Positions 11,333-20,255 of a stretch of 35,201 bases of DNA are shown piece by piece; within the stretch, counting starts at the first letter, position 1; the number at the start of each line of letters is the position of its first letter. The translations under genes were made by a program, and so were the position numbers. Source of the DNA: a virus. Where the stretch lies: IMG/VR virus record IMGVR_UViG_3300025644_000310, positions 1-35,201 of that record, one strand, 5' to 3'. A model generated the notes under the pieces. It was not told the origin of the DNA. It saw only the letters and a list, made by a program, of their open reading frames with translations, and searched no databases.

Positions 11333-11988
11333 CCTTTCCTCACGTTTAATTCTTTACTAAAATTTTGATTATAAAATAGATTTTGCTGTTCTTGTTTATC
11401 TATTGTTTTAGGATGATATAACGATAATTCTTCGTGTGGTGGCAAATGTGCATATGTTTTACAACCTGTAATTAGTTCGTGTAATGGTCGAGTCCATCGT
11501 ACCTTTTCATCATTACGAAATACCCTGGCCTGGTAGTCTGGCCAATTTACCCAACCCTTTTCTGATACTTTCCATCCCCACTTCTGAATGTGTTCTACTT
11601 CCATACCATCGATTGTATTCACTCTTGGTACATATATTAAATCAACCCCATCATTCATTTCTATTATTTGTTTAAGTTGTTGTAATAATGTTTCGTGTGG
11701 CTGCTCATCCGCATCTATATGAAATATATAATCTCCCGTAGAGTTTTCTATAACCGAATTCTTTTGAGCCGAAAAATCACCATCAAGTTTTCTCTGATAA
11801 ACCTTAATGGTTTTCTCATGTGAGTATTGTTGTATCCAACTCGTTATAACTTCTTGTGTTTTCTCATCTGAATAATCATCACAAATAACAATCTCATCTT
11901 CTGGGTCTGTTTTGTGTATTAATATCTCTAATAACTTGTTTAGTTCATCTGCTTCATTATGAACAGTGATTCCATAACTAATTTTCAT
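11329..11988 (-). CDS. GT2 glycosyltransferase
   Basis: SYGITVHNE, ICDDYSDE, FSAQKN, FHIDADE (DxD), WPDYQ. Confidence 0.9.
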   Translation of the reverse strand: MKISYGITVHNEADELNKLLEILIHKTDPEDEIVICDDYSDEKTQEVITSWIQQYSHEKTIKVYQRKLDGDFSAQKNSVIENSTGDYIFHIDADEQPHETLLQQLKQIIEMNDGVDLIYVPRVNTIDGMEVEHIQKWGWKVSEKGWVNWPDYQARVFRNDEKVRWTRPLHELITGCKTYAHLPPHEELSLYHPKTIDKQEQQNLFYNQNFSKELNVRKG

Positions 11989-12500
11989 TAGTCGTTAAGT
12001 AACTCCAATTGTTCATCATCTTGTTTTTTCTTTTCTTTACCACTTAATGCTAATTCAAAATCATAATTTAATAATTCTACCAATTTCATTTTTTCCAACT
12101 TAAAAGTTTTGTATATGTTTGGAAGTGTCTTTTCAAGCTTTTTTATATTTTTCTTATAAAATACCTTTGGTGCAGAATATCCACTTGGAAACTTTAATGC
12201 CTGATATTCAAACTTCCCATCGGTTTCATTAAATATACCCTCACTTTCCTTTATGATTTTTTTCAATTCAACGGGTGGAACTTCTGATAAATCAAGACAG
12301 TGTGCTTTTTGATCTTTCATTCCACCAACAACTGGCCATAGATTTAATATCAAGACTAAGTATCTACCCTTGGACGCAGTTTTACTATCATATCTAATTT
12401 CATAAACTGACCCAGGTTTTAAATCACGAGGTTGAGATTTTTTTCTCCCCTTGCTATCACCTATTATTCTACCCCTATGTAATCTGTAATACTTAGCCAT
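11988..12500 (-). CDS. Hypothetical phage protein
   Basis: 170-aa ORF overlapping neighbours on both sides; no confident family. Confidence 0.6.
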   Translation of the reverse strand: MAKYYRLHRGRIIGDSKGRKKSQPRDLKPGSVYEIRYDSKTASKGRYLVLILNLWPVVGGMKDQKAHCLDLSEVPPVELKKIIKESEGIFNETDGKFEYQALKFPSGYSAPKVFYKKNIKKLEKTLPNIYKTFKLEKMKLVELLNYDFELALSGKEKKKQDDEQLELLND

Positions 12501-12984
12501 TACCTATATCCTTAGCAAAACCCATATCTTTACAAGCCTGGAGAAACTCATATTGTCCATATTCTATAGCACCTTCCATATCAAGTTTCTCAGTATAAAA
12601 TTCTCCATCTTTTCCTGGTACTGGATATGATTCTTTTTCGTTTTTAGGAACTTCAACTACTGTAGCATACTTCCATACCCATTTATTTATTGAACCTTCT
12701 GGGAATATCATACCCATTTGTCCCATATTTATAATGGATGGATACCAGTATATTTGTCTTTCTTCATCAAAGAATTCTAAGTCTTTAACAAGTTTTGAAG
12801 TGGTTTCTAATAGTTTTGCTCGTTCTTTGTTGTCCTCTGTGTAAAATGTATTGCTTAACATCCCACAATTAAAACATAAAAATGAACTATAATTTTCATA
12901 CATATCTTCAAAACAAGTATCTCTATCGTAACACACTGGGCAAGTATCTACAACTCGTTCACCGACATATTTTCCAATTTCCAT
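12493..12984 (-). CDS. Hypothetical protein with Zn-ribbon (CPVC...CFNC)
   Basis: Two CxxC motifs; strong RBS AGGGAGGT and TAATG overlap with the upstream gene. Confidence 0.7.
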   Translation of the reverse strand: MEIGKYVGERVVDTCPVCYDRDTCFEDMYENYSSFLCFNCGMLSNTFYTEDNKERAKLLETTSKLVKDLEFFDEERQIYWYPSIINMGQMGMIFPEGSINKWVWKYATVVEVPKNEKESYPVPGKDGEFYTEKLDMEGAIEYGQYEFLQACKDMGFAKDIGNG

Positions 12985-13721
12985 TAAACTACCTCCCTAT
13001 TTAAAAAATATTTAAAAAACATTGTACTTAATACAGCATGATCTCCCTTTAATTCACTGCCACAGTGGACATCCTTGCTTTCAAAAAATAACTTTATGTG
13101 CTTTCTAACGTTTTCGCTATATGTAATAAATTGTAAATTACTTATATCTCCAATATATTCTACCGGTATGTTATTTACAAACCCATAATTTATCGGAACT
13201 ATGTGATCTAAATGATATCCCAACCTACCTCGTTTTCCACTATTTGGTAATAAGTGTACCGACTGTGAATTTGTTATACGTAGAACATTCTTTTTGTATA
13301 TCTGCTTATCCGTTTTTGAAGCTAAAAAATCATCGTAATTATCATATCCATATTTCTTAATGTATCTATCTAATACACCAGGTTTGTACATATTATTCTC
13401 TTTACCACATTTTTCCCAGAATGGATTATTTTTACCAATCATCATCATTGAAATGCGTTTATATAACAATTTACCATCACCACTTTTATTAAATTTTAAC
13501 CTAGCACACGATTTACATTGCACTTTATGTCTAATTTGATTTATACAAGATTGCTTTGCTGTATGGAATACTTCACACTTGCAACTTGGGCAATCCCTAA
13601 CAAACTTACCATTTTTTATTTTAACATTGTATTTTATCTTACTTTTCCAAGAACATTCATTTGAACAATATTTTATATTTGTAGTATCCACACCACAAGC
13701 CTTACATTTAATAGTATTCAT
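12984..13721 (-). CDS. Free-standing HNH homing endonuclease with Zn-finger N-terminus
   Basis: CKAC/CSNEC/CPSC/CKSC motifs; YHLDHIVP...SNLQFITYSEN HNH core. Confidence 0.85.
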   Translation of the reverse strand: MNTIKCKACGVDTTNIKYCSNECSWKSKIKYNVKIKNGKFVRDCPSCKCEVFHTAKQSCINQIRHKVQCKSCARLKFNKSGDGKLLYKRISMMMIGKNNPFWEKCGKENNMYKPGVLDRYIKKYGYDNYDDFLASKTDKQIYKKNVLRITNSQSVHLLPNSGKRGRLGYHLDHIVPINYGFVNNIPVEYIGDISNLQFITYSENVRKHIKLFFESKDVHCGSELKGDHAVLSTMFFKYFLNREVV

Positions 13722-13873
13722 TTATTATTATCCAGTTTTCGTGTTTTATCTATCCATTCCAATATTAAATTTTCTATTAACAATGATTTATTTATAGAAT
13801 GGGTCTTTGCTATCTCATTAAATTGCTTCACCACTGATTTATCTACTGTATAATTTACTAGTTGTCGTTTCAT
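13718..13873 (-). CDS. Small ribbon-helix-helix-like protein (51 aa, not in ORF track)
   Basis: Manual translation MKRQLVNYTVDKSVVKQFNEIAKTHSINKSLLIENLILEWIDKTRKLDNNK; RBS GGAG; ATGA overlap with the HNH gene. Confidence 0.75.
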   Translation of the reverse strand: MKRQLVNYTVDKSVVKQFNEIAKTHSINKSLLIENLILEWIDKTRKLDNNK

Positions 13874-13911
13874 TTACTTTATCTCCAAGTTTTATTCATA
13901 CTTATACATAA

Positions 13912-13928
13912 ATAAATATAAAGAAATT
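13912..13928 (-). promoter_or_regulatory. Putative phage promoter motif AATTTCTT-n-ATATTTAT
   Basis: 16/17 identical to 18042-18058; core ATATTTAT also at 23433-23440 and 33907-33914, each just upstream of an endonuclease cassette. Confidence 0.55.
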
Positions 13929-13953
13929 CAATTTTCAATCAATTATTTCCATT

Positions 13954-15300
13954 TTAATTTACCTTTTTTAATGTTGGAAGTTTTATTTTCGGTAACTCTT
14001 TAACTTCACCGACTTTTTTTAACGTCGGGAGTTTAAGTTCCACCGGTTGTGGTGGAGCTTCAAAATTAGGTAAACATGCGTCGAGTATTTTCTCAAATTT
14101 TACAGTCATTGCATCAAGTGAGAACTTTGTTTTATTCATTATACCCTGTTTCTTAGCCTTTACCGTGTATTTATTATAATTATCAAAAACATCCTTTAAC
14201 ATTTTAGATGCGTAATTGTAATTTACAGTAAACCATTGAGTTCCTTTTATGTGCATTCCATTCTGTAATGATTCTTTCTTTACATCATTCATACTACCTG
14301 GTAATAATACAGACTTTTTACTATCCAGGAAATCTGTATGACCACTCCAGTTTGGTGCAATTACTGGTTTCTCACTTAAAGATGCCTCAAGTAATGGACG
14401 ACCAAATCCCTCACCGTGGGTGAATGAAACGTGAACCTTTACCTTTGGGTGATTGTATAAATCATTCATCTCATCATCTCTTAAATCACCGTGCAATACA
14501 TAAATGTTTGGTAAGTTACCCTCTACTGTCTGTCTTATTTGGTTCAACTTTGCGAGTATATCTTCTCTATCTAATATACAGGGTGTTGCTCCACTTGTTT
14601 TTAGAATTAGTGCAGGTTGGTTCTTCTTATTCTTAAATGTTTCCAAGAAGGTTTTAATCAGCATACCAAGATCTTTTCTGTCATTTCCTAAACCACCTTG
14701 TAACCAATGCCCCACGAATAGAAAACAAAAATCTTCTTTTATACTATCGAACTCGTCTACCAAATCCTTTGAAAATTCTTTTGTTGTTTTGTATATGTTT
14801 GTGTCTGCACCTTCAAATAAAACTTCTATTGGTGTTTGACATCTAACTTCACCAATTTTCTGTTTAGTTTGATTATCATGTTTATCAAATACGACCTTTT
14901 CAATACTTTCCTTAACAAATGTCGCTGGAACAATATTCAAGTTCATTCTATTTAATCCCTCTATCCATTCTGGGGGACACACGGTGGTTTCTAATCCTGC
15001 TGTGATACCAATATTAAATTTACCGATTGGTTGGAATTCATTTGGGACTACTATATGGATGTGAATATCTGGTTGTCTATCCATATTTGGATTATCTAAT
15101 AATCTCTCTATGATTGGAATATCATTTGGGTCATTTTCACTTAATGCATTTTGACTTGTGCTCCCCCACCTAACAGGCCATATTTTAATATCAAATTTAT
15201 TCATAGAAATCAATGACCTTGCAATATCTCTGGAGTGACTACCATATCCACTTCGAGTTCCCACCGGAGCAGTTATCAAAACTAAAGGTTTATAGCTCAT
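13954..15300 (-). CDS. GT4-like (GT-B) glycosyltransferase
   Basis: TRSGYG, HGEGFGRPLLEA, APNWSGHTDFL. Confidence 0.9.
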   Translation of the reverse strand: MSYKPLVLITAPVGTRSGYGSHSRDIARSLISMNKFDIKIWPVRWGSTSQNALSENDPNDIPIIERLLDNPNMDRQPDIHIHIVVPNEFQPIGKFNIGITAGLETTVCPPEWIEGLNRMNLNIVPATFVKESIEKVVFDKHDNQTKQKIGEVRCQTPIEVLFEGADTNIYKTTKEFSKDLVDEFDSIKEDFCFLFVGHWLQGGLGNDRKDLGMLIKTFLETFKNKKNQPALILKTSGATPCILDREDILAKLNQIRQTVEGNLPNIYVLHGDLRDDEMNDLYNHPKVKVHVSFTHGEGFGRPLLEASLSEKPVIAPNWSGHTDFLDSKKSVLLPGSMNDVKKESLQNGMHIKGTQWFTVNYNYASKMLKDVFDNYNKYTVKAKKQGIMNKTKFSLDAMTVKFEKILDACLPNFEAPPQPVELKLPTLKKVGEVKELPKIKLPTLKKVN

Positions 15301-15342
15301 ATATTTAAATCCTCTTCTGTTATTATTTTGAATTCATTTTTA

Positions 15343-16260
15343 TCAAACTTTATATAACGTAAATCGTTTTCTTGGTGTCCAGTTTTCAAGTGCAGTGTCC
15401 ATGTCATGTACCATACGTTTACACATATTTTTAGCTGACATTCCAATTTCTTCTAATTGTAAAAACTCCCTACCTAACTGTCCACATTCTTTTCTTTTTT
15501 CTGGTCCTTCATTATACCATTCTAATAATCTATCTGCTACATCATCCCATCTACATCTGTCGTCGAAAATATACGGTGTTGGAATTGAACCTTGTAAACT
15601 TCTATTTGATGGCCAGACTGGTTTTGCCCAATCACCGTAAGTAAGATCAGGATTGTCTTTCCATTTTCTGTCATCGTGTAGTGAATGAACCCAATCGTAA
15701 TCTTCAGTTGTTAGGAATTTACCCTTATATTTGAAGCCACTTGCATCCTGTAGACCACCTGTGGTATTTGTAGTGATTGGTGTTCCTGCCATTAGACTTT
15801 CGACTGTACCCAATCCGAAACCTTCATTACTTGCCATGTTTATAGTAACATCTGCAATATTATATAGAAAATTGAGTTGTTCGTCGTCTATCTTTTGGTG
15901 TGAGAATACAATATCGTAATCTGGACAAATTTCATTTACTACTACTGGTAAATCTGTTCCATTCTGGTCTACTGGTTGAGTGTGCATTAATAATACACAT
16001 TTGTCTGATTTCTCTTTGGGTAAGGTATCACAGAATGTTTTATATGCTAAAATCACGTCACTTGGAACTTTCCGTCTGATATTCCGATTATTCCAAAATA
16101 CTACGAAATCTTTATCTTTATCGTGGAACACTGATTTTCTATATCCTTGTAGTTTCTTCCATTTTTCCACATCTAACTCATTTATTGGGAAAAACTTATC
16201 TTCTGGAATACCATGTGGAACGTATGATAACATAACTTTACTTTTCTCGTTCATTTTCAC
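15343..16260 (-). CDS. GT4-like glycosyltransferase, C-terminal part
   Basis: YVPHGI, NNRNIRRK, SNEGFGLGTVES; own RBS AAGGAG before GTG/ATG. Confidence 0.85.
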   Translation of the reverse strand: MKMNEKSKVMLSYVPHGIPEDKFFPINELDVEKWKKLQGYRKSVFHDKDKDFVVFWNNRNIRRKVPSDVILAYKTFCDTLPKEKSDKCVLLMHTQPVDQNGTDLPVVVNEICPDYDIVFSHQKIDDEQLNFLYNIADVTINMASNEGFGLGTVESLMAGTPITTNTTGGLQDASGFKYKGKFLTTEDYDWVHSLHDDRKWKDNPDLTYGDWAKPVWPSNRSLQGSIPTPYIFDDRCRWDDVADRLLEWYNEGPEKRKECGQLGREFLQLEEIGMSAKNMCKRMVHDMDTALENWTPRKRFTLYKV

Positions 16261-16281
16261 TCCTTATTTTTCTAATAAAAC

Positions 16282-16845
16282 TTATTTTCCAATCCATTCA
16301 GTGTCGACACCACTTCTGTTTAAAACATCTTTATGCATTGCACAAGATTGTTTGGATATTCCCATTATCAAATCAGAACTCTCGTAGTATCTTGCATTGT
16401 ATAATGGTGATGGAAAATTGTCCCAAAGTGCATAATAAAATATGGGGATGAGTTGTCTAATTTCATGTTCCATTTGATATAACCAGCCCCAGAACCTCGG
16501 ATCAGTAAAATGTAAGATGGCATCTGGGTTTTCCAATTTCATTAGTTGTCGTAATAACTCTTGATTTCCATATCCACTAATAGGATATATTTTGAGGTAA
16601 GCATCTTCTATTCCAGTTTCTTCTCTAACTGAATCATTCATATCCACCACTTTACCGTCTTCTGGATGTTTTATTGCACCACCGGCCTGGACCCAATCGT
16701 ATTTATCAAGTGTACCCAGTACAAAATTTTTGGAAACTGTACCAACCCCACTACTCATTCTGAGTCAAAGATCATCTGATAAAAGTAAGATTTTTTTCTT
16801 CTTACTATTCAGATGATCTGTAGATACCTCCGTGATTTTATTCAT
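16282..16845 (-). CDS. GT4-like glycosyltransferase, N-terminal part, interrupted by in-frame TGA at 16765-16767
   Basis: From ATG 16845: MNKITEVSTDHLNSKKKKILLLSDDL*LRMSSGVGT...; same frame as track ORF 16282..16758 and as 15343..16260. Confidence 0.75.
16769..16819 (-). other. 51-nt hairpin inside coding sequence, ending at the codon before the TGA
   Basis: AGAUCAUCUGA (11 bp)/AU-UUUA internal loop/AGUAAGA (7 bp)/9-nt loop; arms are exact reverse complements. Confidence 0.8.
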
Positions 16846-17845
16846 ATTTATATTCCTGTAGTAATTTACCATTTTCATGTAATATCCATACATCAATTTT
16901 ATATAATTTATCTGTAACCGATTTACATTTTGATTCAACTGTATCTTCGTGTGTTTTATACGTCCACATTGATTTAACTTCTATAAACTTATTTTCAGAT
17001 TTTATAAAAATATCTGGAAAATACCTTCTATCTTTACCATTATTATACCAAAATTTTGGCATGCCTTTTTTATCTGTGAAAATATCACTTTCATCGTACA
17101 ACTTAAACAAAATATCTAACGCCTGTGGTTCATACCCTTGAACTCTTAATAACTTACCAGATGGTGTTTTATAATCTTTAAAATTTAATCTACTTTTAAT
17201 ATTTTTTTGATGAACTTCTGTATTTTGTTGAGCATTTCTAACTCCGTATTTTTTCAAACAAGTAGTCTCAGATTTTTCTCTGAATTCACTCGTTTTGAAG
17301 TAGTTAGATACACCATACTTTTTGAGCATTGTCTTTTTATAACTGTCACTTCTACTCTGAATCCGCTTCCTTGTCCATTTACTATTTGGATGGGATAACA
17401 TTCGTTCAACTACTTTATTGTCATTCATAGGATTATTTTTCATCATATATTCAGATTGACGTTTTATAGAAGAATTAGTATCTTTTGTAAGTCCACTATT
17501 CCAACTTTCACAGTGACCACCTAAAAATCTATTATATGTGTGTCTCGTATAACTATATTCTGTAAATTCACCACACCCACATTCACATTCAATTTTATGG
17601 TGTTTTATATTATAATTGTCAACCGATAAATTATGTAATTTTAAATGGTTAACTTTAATTGCTGAATTGGAACTTACAATATCACCACATTCTTTACAAT
17701 CAAACTTTCCAACAACATATTCACCATAATTTGATTTTGGAAATTTAAATTTGTATTCATACAATGATATACCGTGTTTAGATTTTAAATGTGAGCCATT
17801 GATTCTCATTTTCATCGTATCACCACATATTTCACAAACTACCAT
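16838..17845 (-). CDS. Free-standing PD-(D/E)XK homing endonuclease with C2H2 Zn fingers and KKYGV repeats
   Basis: CEIC...HLKSKH, CKEC...HLKLH, CECGC, two KKYGVxN repeats, YFPDIF...FIEVKS. Confidence 0.82.
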   Translation of the reverse strand: MVVCEICGDTMKMRINGSHLKSKHGISLYEYKFKFPKSNYGEYVVGKFDCKECGDIVSSNSAIKVNHLKLHNLSVDNYNIKHHKIECECGCGEFTEYSYTRHTYNRFLGGHCESWNSGLTKDTNSSIKRQSEYMMKNNPMNDNKVVERMLSHPNSKWTRKRIQSRSDSYKKTMLKKYGVSNYFKTSEFREKSETTCLKKYGVRNAQQNTEVHQKNIKSRLNFKDYKTPSGKLLRVQGYEPQALDILFKLYDESDIFTDKKGMPKFWYNNGKDRRYFPDIFIKSENKFIEVKSMWTYKTHEDTVESKCKSVTDKLYKIDVWILHENGKLLQEYKYE

Positions 17846-18018
17846 TTTATACTTCCACTAATCTGTTCATATTTTTCATCAATTAAATTAACTAACGCCT
17901 CTCTAACCGACACAAATTTTACACCATCGTCAGAATATTTAGCTATTATTTTTTGTAACTTTTTAAAAGTTACGACTTCTAATTCTATAGGTGCTATTTT
18001 TTTTGTATTTGATTTCAC
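17839..18018 (-). CDS. Small RHH-like protein (59 aa, not in ORF track)
   Basis: Manual translation from GTG: MKSNTKKIAPIELEVVTFKKLQKIIAKYSDDGVKFVSVREALVNLIDEKYEQISGSIKW; overlaps the endonuclease start by 7 nt. Confidence 0.6.
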   Translation of the reverse strand: MKSNTKKIAPIELEVVTFKKLQKIIAKYSDDGVKFVSVREALVNLIDEKYEQISGSIKW

Positions 18019-18041
18019 ATTATATATCTTATATCTTTTAT

Positions 18042-18058
18042 ATAAATATCAAGAAATT
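18042..18058 (-). promoter_or_regulatory. Putative phage promoter motif (second copy)
   Basis: AATTTCTTGATATTTAT on minus strand, 16/17 identical to 13912-13928. Confidence 0.55.
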
Positions 18059-18079
18059 AAATAAAACATCATTTTATTT

Positions 18080-18268
18080 TTAACTTTTTGCCATATTATC
18101 TTTATTCATAACCATATCTACAGCTTCACTAACTTCAAATATATGCCCCATAAACAAATACCATTCATCAATGGTAAAATGTAATGTCATATGTGGCATC
18201 TCAAAATGTATAGTTTCATTGCTCATAAATGAGTCGTTTGGTAAATCTATTATTTCATTCTCTTTCAT
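18080..18268 (-). CDS. Hypothetical protein
   Basis: 62-aa ORF with upstream AGGG RBS-like sequence. Confidence 0.55.
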   Translation of the reverse strand: MKENEIIDLPNDSFMSNETIHFEMPHMTLHFTIDEWYLFMGHIFEVSEAVDMVMNKDNMAKS

Positions 18269-18289
18269 AACCGTTTCCCTATAAACTAT

Positions 18290-18493
18290 TTAAAAATTAC
18301 TACCACTTGCTTCAAGCCCATCATATTCTACAATAGATTTTTTGTATTCTTCATCACTCAAATATTTATCCATTGATCTATTTACTAATTTTTGTAATGT
18401 AAATTCTTCTCTCAGTGCAATTTCTTTAAATCTCTTGTATAAATCCGTTATTATTTTAACAGAAGTAAGTTTTGTATTATCTTTTATCCTCAT
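18290..18493 (-). CDS. Small RHH-like DNA-binding protein
   Basis: KLTSVKI strand followed by two helices; RBS GAGGA. Confidence 0.65.
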   Translation of the reverse strand: MRIKDNTKLTSVKIITDLYKRFKEIALREEFTLQKLVNRSMDKYLSDEEYKKSIVEYDGLEASGSNF

Positions 18494-18524
18494 AATTATT
18501 CCTCATATATACATATATATCAGA

Positions 18525-18929
18525 TTAATCTAAAATAACTACTTTTTTATCTAATTTTGTTGCATATTCTATTGTATTATTCGTTCCCCTTGATGTATGA
18601 CCCTTTGGTATAAATGCTACTATATAATCACTATGTTCTGCTATTTGTTTATTTCTGTTAAAATAATTGGTAACTCTGTATGGTTTTCCGTATTCACTGG
18701 AATCCAATATACAATGTTGGTTATACTGAAAATGTTTTGGTGGATACTCTACGTACTTCATATCAAATTCAAGTGATATTTTCTTTGCATAGTGGTCAGC
18801 TCCTTGTTTACACCCACCACTTACAATTTCAACTTCATCACCGAACTTTTCCCTTAAATTGAAAATAAATTCTCGAATTTTTCGCCTGTTGATATATTTT
18901 CTACTTCCAACGATTCCAATTCTTTTCAT
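18525..18929 (-). CDS. SLOG-superfamily (DprA/YspA-like) protein
   Basis: IGIVGSRKY, VSGGCKQGAD, RNKQIAEHSDYIVAF, SRGT. Confidence 0.8.
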   Translation of the reverse strand: MKRIGIVGSRKYINRRKIREFIFNLREKFGDEVEIVSGGCKQGADHYAKKISLEFDMKYVEYPPKHFQYNQHCILDSSEYGKPYRVTNYFNRNKQIAEHSDYIVAFIPKGHTSRGTNNTIEYATKLDKKVVILD

Positions 18930-18932
18930 AAT

Positions 18933-19373
18933 CTAATCATTCCTTTTTTGCTTTCTTACTGGTTGATGTGATTTTTGTGGTTTTGGTGAAGTTACAAATG
19001 TTACACAACTCTTAAATTCTTCTAATCCATCCATTAAACCATCAAAAGCTGATGATCCCGTGAACCAATACTGAAATCTTAACGGGGATTCCAATAATAT
19101 ATCTCGTTTATGAGTTATATTAAACCACGTAAATTCATTTATTTTATGTGTATTTCCGACTGTAATGGTTGTTTTATAGTGAAGGATTTTTTCATATCGT
19201 TCCAAAAATCCCTTTAAGTCTGATGGTGCTACTTCACCCTCATCATACCATAGCTGAAGTTTAAATGGGTATAATCCATATATCTCATTTATTTTATCTA
19301 TTACATCGCTTTCATTTTCTGTATTAATAAAATATGATAATTTCATCCTTAAACTAAAATTACTTCCTATCAT
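18933..19373 (-). CDS. Hypothetical protein
   Basis: 146-aa ORF abutting neighbours in the operon. Confidence 0.6.
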   Translation of the reverse strand: MIGSNFSLRMKLSYFINTENESDVIDKINEIYGLYPFKLQLWYDEGEVAPSDLKGFLERYEKILHYKTTITVGNTHKINEFTWFNITHKRDILLESPLRFQYWFTGSSAFDGLMDGLEEFKSCVTFVTSPKPQKSHQPVRKQKRND

Positions 19374-20243
19374 TTAATTCTCAGGTTTCTTATCACACAA
19401 ATCTGGTTGGTCTGTGTATTCACACCATTTACAGTTCTTTACTGATGGTAATTTACTATAAATATGGTCTGTTCGGTATTCCCCATCCACTGTAAAACAG
19501 TTGTCTATAAAACTCTCTAATCGTCTATTAACCTTGTTTATAGATGGAGTACCATTTGCTGGGATGAATGTCTGAATTCGTTTTTGTGGGTAATCTGTTC
19601 CTTCATATAGTTTTCGCTTTACTATGAAATACTCTACGTCAATTCTATCTAATGGAACATCAAACTGCTTAGAGAAGAACTGTTTATATAACAATAACTG
19701 AGCTGTTTTGTTCGTATCTGCTTTTTGATATTTGTTCCAGCCGTATGTTGCGGTCTTAATATCAATAATTTTTATTCGTTCACGTTTAACGTCACGAATT
19801 ATCAAATCTATAAATCCCTTAAATTTCGCTTTTTTCATATTATAATCTAATGCAGATTCAATGCCAAGTAACTCATAACCCTTTTTACTGAAATATTGAT
19901 TTCGTTTCTTCTTAAAGAAATCTATTATTTTTATTCCGTCTTGGTAAAACTCGTTCATTTCATTTTTTGTACAAATCTCTACACCACCATTGGTTTTCAT
20001 AGTGTCCAAAAAGTTTATTCTGAGTCTATCTTCTAATAATTCATCAAGATATAATTCATCGGCCTTCTTTACACTATCTGTATACATTACTTTTATATAT
20101 TTTTGTAATACTTCATGCATCGAGGTTCCAAAAATTGTATAAATGTTTCCCTCAAATACAGATTTTTTATCTACATAAGATAGTTTCCAGGCGTGAGGAC
20201 ACCTATCCCATTTAGAAAATTGCGAATAGCTTATACTTTTCAT
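19374..20243 (-). CDS. PD-(D/E)XK exonuclease (RecB/Cas4-like, PDDEXK_1)
   Basis: SYSQF...CP...W, FGTSMHE, GFIDL...IIDIKT, QLLLYK, C-terminal CKWC...C. Confidence 0.88.
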   Translation of the reverse strand: MKSISYSQFSKWDRCPHAWKLSYVDKKSVFEGNIYTIFGTSMHEVLQKYIKVMYTDSVKKADELYLDELLEDRLRINFLDTMKTNGGVEICTKNEMNEFYQDGIKIIDFFKKKRNQYFSKKGYELLGIESALDYNMKKAKFKGFIDLIIRDVKRERIKIIDIKTATYGWNKYQKADTNKTAQLLLYKQFFSKQFDVPLDRIDVEYFIVKRKLYEGTDYPQKRIQTFIPANGTPSINKVNRRLESFIDNCFTVDGEYRTDHIYSKLPSVKNCKWCEYTDQPDLCDKKPEN

Positions 20244-20255
20244 ATTTTATGCCTA

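Noticed and set aside
11988-12500. T4 gp2-like DNA end protector
   Set aside because: Only a loose pattern resemblance (YEIRYD...LDLSEVPP); needs a profile search
16756-16770. prfB-type +1 frameshift at CTT TGA C
   Set aside because: The +1 frame closes after three codons (GAC TCA GAA TGA), there is no adjacent internal SD, and the GT continues in frame 0
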